Positions 8,951 to 17,458 of a stretch of DNA of 32,000 bases are shown here, piece after piece. Source of the stretch: Chthonomonas calidirosea T49 (GTDB lineage: Bacteria > Armatimonadota > Chthonomonadetes > Chthonomonadales > Chthonomonadaceae); assembly GCF_000427095.1 (NCBI RefSeq), contig NC_021487.1, forward strand, positions 1,629,146 through 1,661,145, given 5' to 3'. The stretch's first letter is position 1; each line of letters begins with the position of its first letter. The translations under genes and the position numbers were made by a program. The notes under the pieces were generated by a model that was not told where the DNA came from, made no database searches, and saw only the letters and a program-made list of their open reading frames with translations.

Positions 8951-10333
8951 CTATCTTTTTCTTAGCGATTTCCCTCCGATCAAGCCCATCAAGGCTTCGG
9001 CCAAGAGCACCGCATCGTGGCGCACCACATCGGTCTCGCTGATGAAAGCGCCTACAACCGGCCGATAGCCCTCTGCCTTTAGCCGATCGGTATCCGGTTC
9101 CACCAAAACGGATCCGGCACGCCGATACTTCTCCAATAGTCTCGGCTCTGGCACGGCATTGTTCACAACGACATAGGTGAACAGGCGCGGCCCCACATGT
9201 ATCTCAAGAGCGCGCACGTGGTCGCAGGCAGAAAAGCCGTCGGTTTCGCCCGGCTGGGTCATCACATTACAGACGTAGGCCTTCTGCGCCTGAGATCGTC
9301 GGATGGCTTCGGGAATGCCGGGCACCAACAGGTTAGGCAGAATGCTTGTAAAGAGGCTTCCGGGGCCTAACACGATGAGGTCGGCCTCGGCAATGGCATC
9401 TAAAGCCTCCTCTACTGGACAGATCTTATCGTTTGGATCGAGCGGAACGAGGGCGACCCGTTTAATACGCAGGGGCGACTCGACGATGGTGGTTTCTCCT
9501 TCTAAGATCGAACCATCTTCCATCTCTGCCCGTAGTTTTACCGGTGTTACCGTGGAGGGTAACACGCGCCCTCGAATGTTCAAAACACGGCTCGTCTCCT
9601 GCACGGCGCGCTCAAAATCGCCGTTATTGATGGCACACATGGCCGCTATCAACAGATTGCCAAAAGCGTGATCGCGCAGCCCCTCAGCGTACTCTCCCTT
9701 GGGCACACCGTCTCCGTTAGCGGGCAGCCGTTCACTACCCATGCTCGCGCGAAAGCGAAACTGGAACAGCTCTGTCATCTGCGGTTCGGCATCCGCCAGC
9801 GCCACCAGGCAGTTGCGAATATCGCCGGGCGGTAAAATGTTCAGCTGGCGCCGGAGCTTTCCGGAAGAGCCCCCATCGTCGGCCACAGTTACAATGGCCG
9901 TGATATTGCTGGTATAGCGCTTGAGACCGCGTAAGAGCGTCGAAAGCCCTGTCCCTCCGCCAATCACCACGACGCGCTTTCCCTGCGCTAACTTGCGGCG
10001 TGTGTAAACCACATCTACCAGACCGCCGCGCGCGATCTCTGGGTCGAGCGCGCTCATCAACGACTGAATAAGCTTACCTAAAGCGAAAAGACAGAGCACA
10101 CCGCCCAACAGAAAGAGACACAATCCGAACAACCCTGGGCGTATGCCCGCATGCAGATGCTGGATGATCCACTGAGCAAGTCGAAGAATAAGGGGTGGGC
10201 GACCACGATGGGCTTGCAGCATGATAGCAGCCCCTAGCAGGAAAAGAATAAGACCAATGAACCCCAAAGCGATCCAGCGCTTAACGTGCATGCCGGGGTA
10301 GAGCCATTTCCAAAGAGGAGAGCGTCGGTTCAT
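8951..10333 (-). CDS. yvcK: YvcK/CofD-like (UPF0052, gluconeogenesis factor family) protein with N-terminal two-helix membrane anchor
   Basis: RVVVIGGGTGLSTLLRGLK and a YvcK-like body follow a ~118-aa extension with two hydrophobic helices (WIALGFIGLILFLLGAAIML; GLFGLCLFLLGGVLCLFAL). It lies 3 nt after the rapZ stop. Confidence 0.85.
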   Translation of the reverse strand: MNRRSPLWKWLYPGMHVKRWIALGFIGLILFLLGAAIMLQAHRGRPPLILRLAQWIIQHLHAGIRPGLFGLCLFLLGGVLCLFALGKLIQSLMSALDPEIARGGLVDVVYTRRKLAQGKRVVVIGGGTGLSTLLRGLKRYTSNITAIVTVADDGGSSGKLRRQLNILPPGDIRNCLVALADAEPQMTELFQFRFRASMGSERLPANGDGVPKGEYAEGLRDHAFGNLLIAAMCAINNGDFERAVQETSRVLNIRGRVLPSTVTPVKLRAEMEDGSILEGETTIVESPLRIKRVALVPLDPNDKICPVEEALDAIAEADLIVLGPGSLFTSILPNLLVPGIPEAIRRSQAQKAYVCNVMTQPGETDGFSACDHVRALEIHVGPRLFTYVVVNNAVPEPRLLEKYRRAGSVLVEPDTDRLKAEGYRPVVGAFISETDVVRHDAVLLAEALMGLIGGKSLRKR

Positions 10334-10336
10334 CGT

Positions 10337-11242
10337 TCAGGCCTCCTTGCCATCGGGCGGTTCGGGCAGATCGCGATGGCGCACAGCAACGTGCGCACCT
10401 CGCCCTCGTAGATGCTCGGCTAGCGCTTCGGCTAACACCACCGAACGATGTTTACCTCCGGTGCAGCCTATGGCGATGGTGAGGTAGGCTTTCCCCTCCG
10501 CCTCATATTCAGGAAGAGTGTAATCAATGAGGGCCTCCATCTTCTCCAGTAGCGGCTTAGCCCTCGGATCGGAAAACACAAACTGCTTTACAACGTCGTC
10601 ACGTCCATCATGGGTTTGCAGCTCCGGCACATAATGCGGGTTACAGAGAAACCGTACGTCAAACACGAGGTCAGCGTCCACTGGAATGCCGTACTTATAG
10701 CCAAAAGAAAGCACCACGATCTGCAGGCCCGCCGTTTCCACATCGCCCCACATGTCTTGCAGCTGCCGACGCAGCGCGGTTGGGGTGAGCGTGGTAGTGT
10801 CCACAACGCGGTCGGCCATCGCCCGAACATCCTCTAGGAGAGCACGTTCAGCCTGAATGGCCTCTTCGATACTCTGTATATGTGGATACGCCAAAGGGTG
10901 ATAGAACGGATGCGGCCTTCGGCTCTCCTTGAAACGGGCGATGAGCACATGGTCTTCTGTGTCCAGAAAGAGCACCTTCACGGAATGGCCCTGGTCACGC
11001 AAGAGTTGCACATAAGGTTCAAACGACCCAATGGCCTCATGAATACGCGCATCTATCACAACAGCAACCTTTGCAAAACCGTTTTCCAAGCAGAACGCCG
11101 CCAGGTTCGGCAGCAAAGCAGGCGGCAGGTTGTCCACAGTAAAGTAGCCGCTATCCTCAAAGCCATGTAGAGCTGTCGTTTTCCCGGAGCCGGAGATCCC
11201 CGAGATCACCACAAGATGAAGTTGAGTTTGTCTATCGTTCAT
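10337..11242 (-). CDS. rapZ: RNase adapter / nucleotide-binding protein RapZ (YvcJ)
   Basis: P-loop GISGSGKTTAL, C-terminal CTGGKHRSV motif, and conserved synteny directly upstream of yvcK. Confidence 0.88.
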   Translation of the reverse strand: MNDRQTQLHLVVISGISGSGKTTALHGFEDSGYFTVDNLPPALLPNLAAFCLENGFAKVAVVIDARIHEAIGSFEPYVQLLRDQGHSVKVLFLDTEDHVLIARFKESRRPHPFYHPLAYPHIQSIEEAIQAERALLEDVRAMADRVVDTTTLTPTALRRQLQDMWGDVETAGLQIVVLSFGYKYGIPVDADLVFDVRFLCNPHYVPELQTHDGRDDVVKQFVFSDPRAKPLLEKMEALIDYTLPEYEAEGKAYLTIAIGCTGGKHRSVVLAEALAEHLRGRGAHVAVRHRDLPEPPDGKEA

Positions 11243-12105
11243 GGTCGTGCTACCAAGTACAGCTTACTGCCGGGGCGCAACCCCAGCGTTTTTGCCGCAT
11301 CTCCTTCTCGAATCGCCAGCTCCAGACGCCCTCCACTCCCTCTATAAGCCAACAAGCAGCCCACTTCCACATCGGAAAAAGTGCGCACCAGTGGCGCCTC
11401 ACCTTCCCCACATCTCACATACAGATGAGCTTCTTCTATGCCCCTATCGGCTATCCAGCGCTGCAACGTCTCTTCATCCAAATTGGTAATGAGATTTCCA
11501 AAACGATCCACATACAGCACGGTAAGCTCTAGAGCGGAACGACCTTGCGTATCTGTAAAGGCAGATGGCATCGGTACCTCCAACAGCTGCAAGGGGAGCA
11601 AAGCGCTCTCACCAACCTTCCAAACTGGGCCGATGGCCTCCAGCGGCAGTCCCTGCGCGAGGTGGGCCGCAAGAGGCGCAAAAATATCACGGCCATGAAA
11701 GGTCGCGCTTATGCGAGGCAACACATAGGCGCCTCCTCTACTAGCGCTCCATTTCGCCACTTTTAGCGGACGTTGCTTACGGATCGGCAGCGTCAGCAGG
11801 CCATTATCCGGGGCTACTAAGCGCGCAACCTCCGTTTCAACCACACAAATCTCCCTTTGGCTGCCCACACCGGGGTCCACCACAGCCACATACACCGTGC
11901 CGGCAGGGAAGTAGGGCAGAGCGGCCTCTAAGCGCGCACTCCCCTCTAGTACAGCTTGCGGAGTTACCTCATGGGTGAGATCAACGATCTGTGCCTGAGG
12001 GGCTATCGAGAGAATAACCCCCTTCATAACGCCCACATAGGTATCTCGTGTTCCGAAATCGGTTAATAGCGCAATCAGCGGAGGTTGTCTTGGTGTGAAC
12101 CCCAT
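11239..12105 (-). CDS. S-adenosyl-L-methionine hydroxide adenosyltransferase family protein (DUF62)
   Basis: The N-terminal LLTDFGTRDTYVGVMKGV motif and the overall length are typical of DUF62. A 4-nt overlap with the rapZ start suggests translational coupling. Confidence 0.8.
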   Translation of the reverse strand: MGFTPRQPPLIALLTDFGTRDTYVGVMKGVILSIAPQAQIVDLTHEVTPQAVLEGSARLEAALPYFPAGTVYVAVVDPGVGSQREICVVETEVARLVAPDNGLLTLPIRKQRPLKVAKWSASRGGAYVLPRISATFHGRDIFAPLAAHLAQGLPLEAIGPVWKVGESALLPLQLLEVPMPSAFTDTQGRSALELTVLYVDRFGNLITNLDEETLQRWIADRGIEEAHLYVRCGEGEAPLVRTFSDVEVGCLLAYRGSGGRLELAIREGDAAKTLGLRPGSKLYLVARP

Positions 12106-12265
12106 CGTCTTTCCTAGCCTTTAGGTCTCCATTTCCATTGTACCAGCATCGTGAGCCTTCGCGGCCTCTTCATACGACACCATCTTCGAGTTTGCACGAA
12201 CGGACAGTCGAGGTGAAGCGTATTTTGAGTAAGGGCATAAAAACCACACTACCGTGCTGCAGTGG

Positions 12266-12294
12266 TTGCTTTTGCCCCGCAACTAGGGTAGAAT
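12266..12294 (+). promoter_or_regulatory. Candidate sigma-70-type promoter for mrp (TTGCTT-17 nt-TAGAAT)
   Basis: TTGCTT at 12266-12271 and TAGAAT at 12289-12294 with an exact 17-nt spacer, about 36 nt upstream of the 12330 ATG. Sequence match only. Confidence 0.4.
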
Positions 12295-12329
12295 GGAAGC
12301 GGTTGTGGGCGATTGAAGGAACGGTATCA

Positions 12330-13436
12330 ATGGCTGAAATAAGTAAAGAGCAGATCTTAGAGGCGTTACGCGCAGTGGAAGACCCCGATCTCCACCGAGA
12401 CATCGTGACGCTTGGCTTTGTGAAAGACGTTCGGGTATGCGGCGGAAATGTTGCCCTTCGCATTGAGCTAACGACACCGGCTTGTCCGGTAAAAGACATG
12501 TTGAAGTTGCAGGTTGAAAAGCAGGTGCGTGCCCTCCCCGGTGTCGAGCAAGTGAACATCGAGATGACAGCCCAAGTGCGCTCTCGCCCCAACCCCGGAG
12601 AGCTTATTCCCAAAGTACGCCACGTGATCGCTGTAGCCAGCGGTAAAGGGGGGGTAGGCAAGAGCACCGTGGCCGCCAACATCGCCATCGCACTCGCCAA
12701 GACCGGTGCGAAAGTGGGTTTGCTCGACGCCGACATCTACGGTCCCTCTTTGCCAACCATGATGGGTGTGCGACAACGTCCCCTGATGAAAGAGACGCCG
12801 GCAGGTCCCAAGATCGTGCCTGTGCAAGCGCATGGCGTTTTGGTGATGTCGCTCGGCTTTCTCTTGGAGCCAGATAAGGCGGTAGTGTGGCGCGGGCCGA
12901 TGGTGGCCAGCGCGGTGCGGCAGATGCTCGGCGACGTGTTGTGGGGTGAACAAGACTACCTCGTTGTAGACCTTCCGCCCGGAACAGGCGATGCTCCGTT
13001 GAGTTTGGCGCAGCTCGTCCCTTTATCCGGTGTGCTTGTGGTCATGACCCCTCAATTGGTGGCACAAGAGATCGCCAACAAAAGCGTAGCCATGTTCCGC
13101 ATGCTTTCTCAAAATCGCGAACGACCTATCCCCATTCTTGGAGTCGTAGAGAACATGAGCGGTGGGCCTTTTGGCTCGGGCGGTGCTGAAGTGGCAGCCA
13201 AACAGCTCGGAGTTCCCTTCCTCGGCCGTATTCCGCTCGATGCTGCTATCTGTGCCGGCGGCGATTCGGGCGTGCCGGTGGTCATCGGTGCCCCCGAATC
13301 GGAAGCGGCCTGCGCCTTCTATAAAATCGCCTCCTCTTTGGCCGCGCAGGTTAGCATTCTGCAGTATGCCCAAGACATTGAAGCGGCCACTGGTGACCGC
13401 ACAGATTCGCAGCAGAGCATGACAACCGAAACATAG
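12330..13436 (+). CDS. mrp: Mrp/NBP35/ApbC-family Fe-S cluster carrier ATPase with N-terminal DUF59 (MIP18) domain
   Basis: DUF59-like N-terminus (ILEALRAVEDPDLHRDIVTLGFV), deviant Walker A SGKGGVGKST, and VENMS motif. I chose ATG at 12330 (GAAGGA SD, with a candidate promoter at 12266-12294 just upstream) over the ORF-track start at 12138. Confidence 0.88.
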   Translation: MAEISKEQILEALRAVEDPDLHRDIVTLGFVKDVRVCGGNVALRIELTTPACPVKDMLKLQVEKQVRALPGVEQVNIEMTAQVRSRPNPGELIPKVRHVIAVASGKGGVGKSTVAANIAIALAKTGAKVGLLDADIYGPSLPTMMGVRQRPLMKETPAGPKIVPVQAHGVLVMSLGFLLEPDKAVVWRGPMVASAVRQMLGDVLWGEQDYLVVDLPPGTGDAPLSLAQLVPLSGVLVVMTPQLVAQEIANKSVAMFRMLSQNRERPIPILGVVENMSGGPFGSGGAEVAAKQLGVPFLGRIPLDAAICAGGDSGVPVVIGAPESEAACAFYKIASSLAAQVSILQYAQDIEAATGDRTDSQQSMTTET

Positions 13437-13459
13437 CCGTCGCGCAAAGGCGCGGCGGC
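13436..13459 (+). terminator. GC-rich hairpin overlapping the last base of the mrp stop codon (no U tract)
   Basis: GCCGTCGCGC-aaag-GCGCGGCGGC: a 10-bp stem with one G-U pair. The downstream sequence is not T-rich. Confidence 0.35.
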
Positions 13460-13626
13460 CAGCGTCGCGCCCAAAAACCATGCTTCCCAACTTTTTCGAG
13501 GGGCCGACGCAGCGATGCGAAGGCTCCTCGAACTTTTTAGAGGCTTTGTACGAAAAAATTGCTCTGCTTTCCAACAATTTGAAAGAGAGTGCACCGACAT
13601 GCAACCATCGGAGAAAGGATAACAGC

Positions 13627-14946
13627 ATGACAAAAACGAAAGACATCCTTGCCCTCAACGAAGAGGGTTTGTTAGCAGAGGTGCTCGGATACGAAACCAA
13701 GGAGGTTGCCAAAGAGGCCCACGGCGCCGAGATAGATACCTATGCAGGGCATCATCTTATAGATTTTACAGCGGGCATTGCCGTGCATGCATGTGGGCAC
13801 ACGCACCCCGAAATCGCGCGGGCCATTAGCGCCCAAACCCATCGGGTACTTCATGTGTCGGATACCATGCGTCATGCCCCTCAGCTGGAGCTTGCCGACT
13901 GGATGCGCCGCCTTCTCAATCGCCTGCTTCCCGGCCCCTCACCTTGGACGTTTCTTTTCATGAACAGCGGCAGCGAGTCCATTGATGCTGCCGCCAAGCT
14001 TGCGCTGAAGGTGACCAAGCGTAGCGAGTTTCTCGCATTTGCCGGCGCGTTTCATGGTCGTACCCTCTTTGCCACCGCGCTCTCCTACTCCAAAATGGCC
14101 CATCGCACTCCCTATATGGGGCTACTCTCCTCACTTCGCGAACATATCTTTCATCTACCTGCACCACGATGTCAAAGCTGTTTCATCGGCCAAAAACGTG
14201 CCTGCTGCTGCCTCGAATCGCTTGAACAGCTACTGGAGGAGCGTAAAGAACGGATCGCCGCCCTCTTCTTTGAACCTCTCCAAGGCGAAGGCGGCTACGT
14301 GCCCCTAGACCCTCGCATGGCACAACAGATGCAAGCGCTTTTGCGCAAGCACCATGTGCTGCTGATAGCCGATGAGATTCAGACCGGTTGGGGTCGCACA
14401 GGAAAGTGGTTTGGTTTGGAGCATTTAGGGGTAGAGCCCGATATCCTCGTTTTCGGTAAGGCCGTAGGTGGAGGGTTACCTTTGGCCGGCTTGGCCGCAC
14501 GCAAGACGCTAATGGATCAATGGGAGCCTGGCGAGCACGGAACCACCTTCGGAGGCAACCCAGTGGCCTGCGCGGCTGGTTTGGCTACCCTGCGCATCAT
14601 CGAGCGCGAGGGTCTGGTGGAGCGCGCTGCAAAACTCGGAGGGGCCGTTCAACAGCGTCTTCGCCCCTTCGTCGGTGCTTACGGGGTGGCTGATGTGCGC
14701 GGCTGGGGCCTTATGATAGGAATCGAGTTCCGCGACGCACAGGGGCAACCGGCCTACGCACGTTGTGAGCAGATCAAGCAGAGGGCGCGGGAAAAAGGTC
14801 TCCTGTTACTTACCTGTGGTGCACGCATAGGAGATCCGTCCGTAGATAATGCCACTCTGCGCCTCATCCCACCGCTGAACATCCCGGAGGAGACGCTTTG
14901 GAGGGGTCTGGACATCCTGCTTGAGGTTATTCGCGAGACGGCTTAG
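13627..14946 (+). CDS. Class-III pyridoxal-phosphate aminotransferase (ArgD/GabT-like)
   Basis: Motifs DFTAGIAVHACGHTHPEI, LIADEIQTGWGRTG and FGKAVGGGLPL (PLP lysine). I chose ATG at 13627 (AAAGGA SD, 7-nt spacer); the in-frame upstream extension from 13480 is not family-like. Confidence 0.85.
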   Translation: MTKTKDILALNEEGLLAEVLGYETKEVAKEAHGAEIDTYAGHHLIDFTAGIAVHACGHTHPEIARAISAQTHRVLHVSDTMRHAPQLELADWMRRLLNRLLPGPSPWTFLFMNSGSESIDAAAKLALKVTKRSEFLAFAGAFHGRTLFATALSYSKMAHRTPYMGLLSSLREHIFHLPAPRCQSCFIGQKRACCCLESLEQLLEERKERIAALFFEPLQGEGGYVPLDPRMAQQMQALLRKHHVLLIADEIQTGWGRTGKWFGLEHLGVEPDILVFGKAVGGGLPLAGLAARKTLMDQWEPGEHGTTFGGNPVACAAGLATLRIIEREGLVERAAKLGGAVQQRLRPFVGAYGVADVRGWGLMIGIEFRDAQGQPAYARCEQIKQRAREKGLLLLTCGARIGDPSVDNATLRLIPPLNIPEETLWRGLDILLEVIRETA

Positions 14947-15715
14947 AGGTTGCCGGTCGGCGAGCGACATAGAATAGCCTATCGGAGTAGGGTGCCGGCG
15001 GACGCAATGTGTAGGCATGATAGACAGCGATCTGGTCAAAACCGGCTTGAGTAAGAAAAGCGCGCACCTCCTGCTCCCGATAGGCATATTGCCAATGTAC
15101 CTCCTCGAAGACTTTCTGAGAGCCATCGGGCGCTCGCCAGATGAAATGCATATCCACCCGGCAGAGCCTCTTTTCGGGGAAGTAGGTACTTCGCCAATCA
15201 TAGAGCAGCGGTTCATCGCTTCCGAGATTGTTCTGATCGAAAAAACGATTCTCTAACGCATATTCGGTGTTAAGGTCAAAAATAAACAGCCCTCCCGCAG
15301 CCAGGTGGTTTGCCACCCGTTGAAAGGCCTGTGCAAGACGTTTCGGTTCAATAATGTAGTTAAGACTATCAAAAAGGCTCACACAGAGCTCGAAGGGGGC
15401 CTCGGGAAGATCAAGCTCAGCGGCATCCTGTACATAGTAGCGAATGGGGAGTTGACGCTGTGCGGCCTTACGCTTTGCCTCCTCGATCATCGCAGGGCTA
15501 ATATCTACCCCGACTACCTCCATCCCCATCGCGTGGAGCTGCTCGGCGACATTGCCCGTGCCGCAAGCGAGGTCGAGGGCCCGCTTCGGGTGTGCTTGGC
15601 GCTCTTGAAGGAGCCGTTGCAGATAGCGTGCCCACTCTTCATAGGGTACCCCTTGCATAAGGGTATCGTAAAGAGGGGCAAGCGGCTGGAAGGCGCTCTG
15701 TTTACTCATCGGCAT
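14927..15715 (-). CDS. Class I SAM-dependent methyltransferase
   Basis: Motif I LDLACGTGN with a downstream VVGVDISPAMI. Its 3' end overlaps the convergent aminotransferase by 20 nt. Confidence 0.75.
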   Translation of the reverse strand: MPMSKQSAFQPLAPLYDTLMQGVPYEEWARYLQRLLQERQAHPKRALDLACGTGNVAEQLHAMGMEVVGVDISPAMIEEAKRKAAQRQLPIRYYVQDAAELDLPEAPFELCVSLFDSLNYIIEPKRLAQAFQRVANHLAAGGLFIFDLNTEYALENRFFDQNNLGSDEPLLYDWRSTYFPEKRLCRVDMHFIWRAPDGSQKVFEEVHWQYAYREQEVRAFLTQAGFDQIAVYHAYTLRPPAPYSDRLFYVARRPATSKPSRE

Positions 15716-15733
15716 GGACTTTGGGTGGCCCTA

Positions 15734-17434
15734 CTAAGGCATAGCCGTCGCCGGTGGCGGTGGGTAGAGCGTCGCAAGGTTAAGAAACGGCACGGCGTCG
15801 TAACCCGTTCTCCGAAACAGCAACTCGATTGTTGGCAGAGGATCTAGTGGCAGCTGCAGGTTCATTGTTGGAGGAGCTGTTTTCGTTGCAAGTTCAAAAA
15901 GGCGCTGTGCCTCTGCCGCGTTCTTTTGAGCTAGATAGTAGGCCGAGAAAGCCAATAACACATCTGGAGCGGCGGGCATATCCGCATTCAATTTGGAAAG
16001 AATGATGAAAGCTTTTTGCGGCTGCGCCAGCTCGGTAAGCAGAAGGGCCTTGAGAATGAAAGCGCTCGGACACTTTGGATCGCTCTGCAGAGCTAAATCG
16101 CAAAGGTCTACTCCCATATTGAACAGGTGTTCTTTAAGCTGCAAGGCCTTGCGCACCCCATAATCGAGATAGGGACCTGGCTGGAAGGGAGCCAAAGAAA
16201 GCGCATTGGCGCTCGCTCTATCCGCAATGCCCAAGTCTGGTGAGGTCATCGCCAGCAAGTAGGTGGCATCTCCCGATTCGGGCAGCATAGAGGCCGCCTT
16301 CTGCGCGAGATCGTTGGCCTCGCGACGATTTCCAAGCTGCAGGTTTGCCCATGAGGCCACGATCAGCTCTGCAGCCGAGGGCTGATCCATGTCGGGTTTT
16401 AGGAGGGTTAAAGCGCGTTCGGGATAGTGCAAGCGCACGAGTAATAGGCCAGCCACCGCATGCGATACCGCATCTGCACGATGCTCGATCTCCAGTATTT
16501 TCAATAAGCTGGATGCCTCCCGGTACTGTTCCGTGTAAATATAGGCCAATGCAAGACGGTTCACCGCTTCAACGGGGGCTTTATCGCCGGAGGCAAGCGG
16601 TTTATAGGTGTCTACGGCCTCTTGATAGTGCCCTGCATTTAGCAGAGCATCGCCTAGAGCTAGTGGAGTGCTGGTCTTGTTGGCACGCACGGCCTCCACA
16701 GCGAGATCGGCAGCCTTGTGCTGAAGCGCAAGAGCCGCTCGAATTTCATCTACGGCGTGCTGCTCATCCGCCCCTGTAGCGAGAGCGATCCGCATGCGAT
16801 AGGAGGCAAGATCTAACATCGCCTCACTGCTGCTGTCAATATTTTTCAGACCGGCCAAAAGTTGTTCTGCTTTCTCATAGTCTCCTGTCTGCGCGTAGAT
16901 CTTAGCGAGCACACGTGCCGCTAACACGTTATTCGGGTCGGCTTTCAGGGCGCGTCGGCTATAGCGACGGGCAGTATCGAGGTCGCCGCCGGTTAAAGCC
17001 TGGTCGGCCTTTTGGGCCAACGCCGTAGCGCCCTCATCTAAATGGTTGTCAATAACGAGCTGCAGCGTGGCCGAGGCCGTATTACCGTCAATATCCGTTG
17101 CAGTGACTTTTAAGGTATGAGGCCCCTCTTTATCGGGAATGGTGTCCCAAAGAAACTCGTAAGGCACGCTCGTCGCTTTCGCTCTCTCCTGCCCATCCAC
17201 GTAAAAGTCCACCTCTGTGATCAGATTAGGACTAGACACATGGGCCACAATGCGCGTGACATCGCTGATATGGTCACCATCTTTAAGGTCAAAAGTTATC
17301 TTGATGTCGGCCTTGGCCCCTGTCAACGACGCAAACAGGAGAAAAAGACCGGCCAGCAGATGCCCCCAAAGCGCAACCGCACGGCGGCCTGGTCTGGAAG
17401 CAGCTCTAAAAACCGTTTGTGAGCACATTCTCAT
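15734..17434 (-). CDS. Exported protein: N-terminal bacterial Ig-like domain plus long TPR-like helical repeat region
   Basis: Signal-peptide-like N-terminus (LLAGLFLLFASLTGAKA). Ig-like segment VDFYVDGQERAKATSVPYEFLWDT...GPHTLKVTATDIDGNTASATLQLVI. The remainder is Ala/Leu-rich TPR-like repeats. Confidence 0.7.
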   Translation of the reverse strand: MRMCSQTVFRAASRPGRRAVALWGHLLAGLFLLFASLTGAKADIKITFDLKDGDHISDVTRIVAHVSSPNLITEVDFYVDGQERAKATSVPYEFLWDTIPDKEGPHTLKVTATDIDGNTASATLQLVIDNHLDEGATALAQKADQALTGGDLDTARRYSRRALKADPNNVLAARVLAKIYAQTGDYEKAEQLLAGLKNIDSSSEAMLDLASYRMRIALATGADEQHAVDEIRAALALQHKAADLAVEAVRANKTSTPLALGDALLNAGHYQEAVDTYKPLASGDKAPVEAVNRLALAYIYTEQYREASSLLKILEIEHRADAVSHAVAGLLLVRLHYPERALTLLKPDMDQPSAAELIVASWANLQLGNRREANDLAQKAASMLPESGDATYLLAMTSPDLGIADRASANALSLAPFQPGPYLDYGVRKALQLKEHLFNMGVDLCDLALQSDPKCPSAFILKALLLTELAQPQKAFIILSKLNADMPAAPDVLLAFSAYYLAQKNAAEAQRLFELATKTAPPTMNLQLPLDPLPTIELLFRRTGYDAVPFLNLATLYPPPPATAMP

Positions 17435-17458
17435 TGTTCTCCTAAAAACTCGTAAAGG

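Noticed and set aside
12138-12329. N-terminal extensions offered by the ORF track for mrp (from 12138), the aminotransferase (from 13480) and trmFO (to 26155)
   Set aside because: The extensions are not family-like. They contain the candidate promoter (mrp) or lack SDs. The downstream ATGs have SDs and give canonical N-termini.
12170-13712. Minus-strand ORFs 12170-12736, 12468-12953 and 13023-13712, antisense to mrp and its downstream spacer
   Set aside because: They lie opposite a well-supported Mrp/ApbC gene. They are low-complexity Arg/His/Gly-rich translations with no SDs, so they are shadow ORFs.
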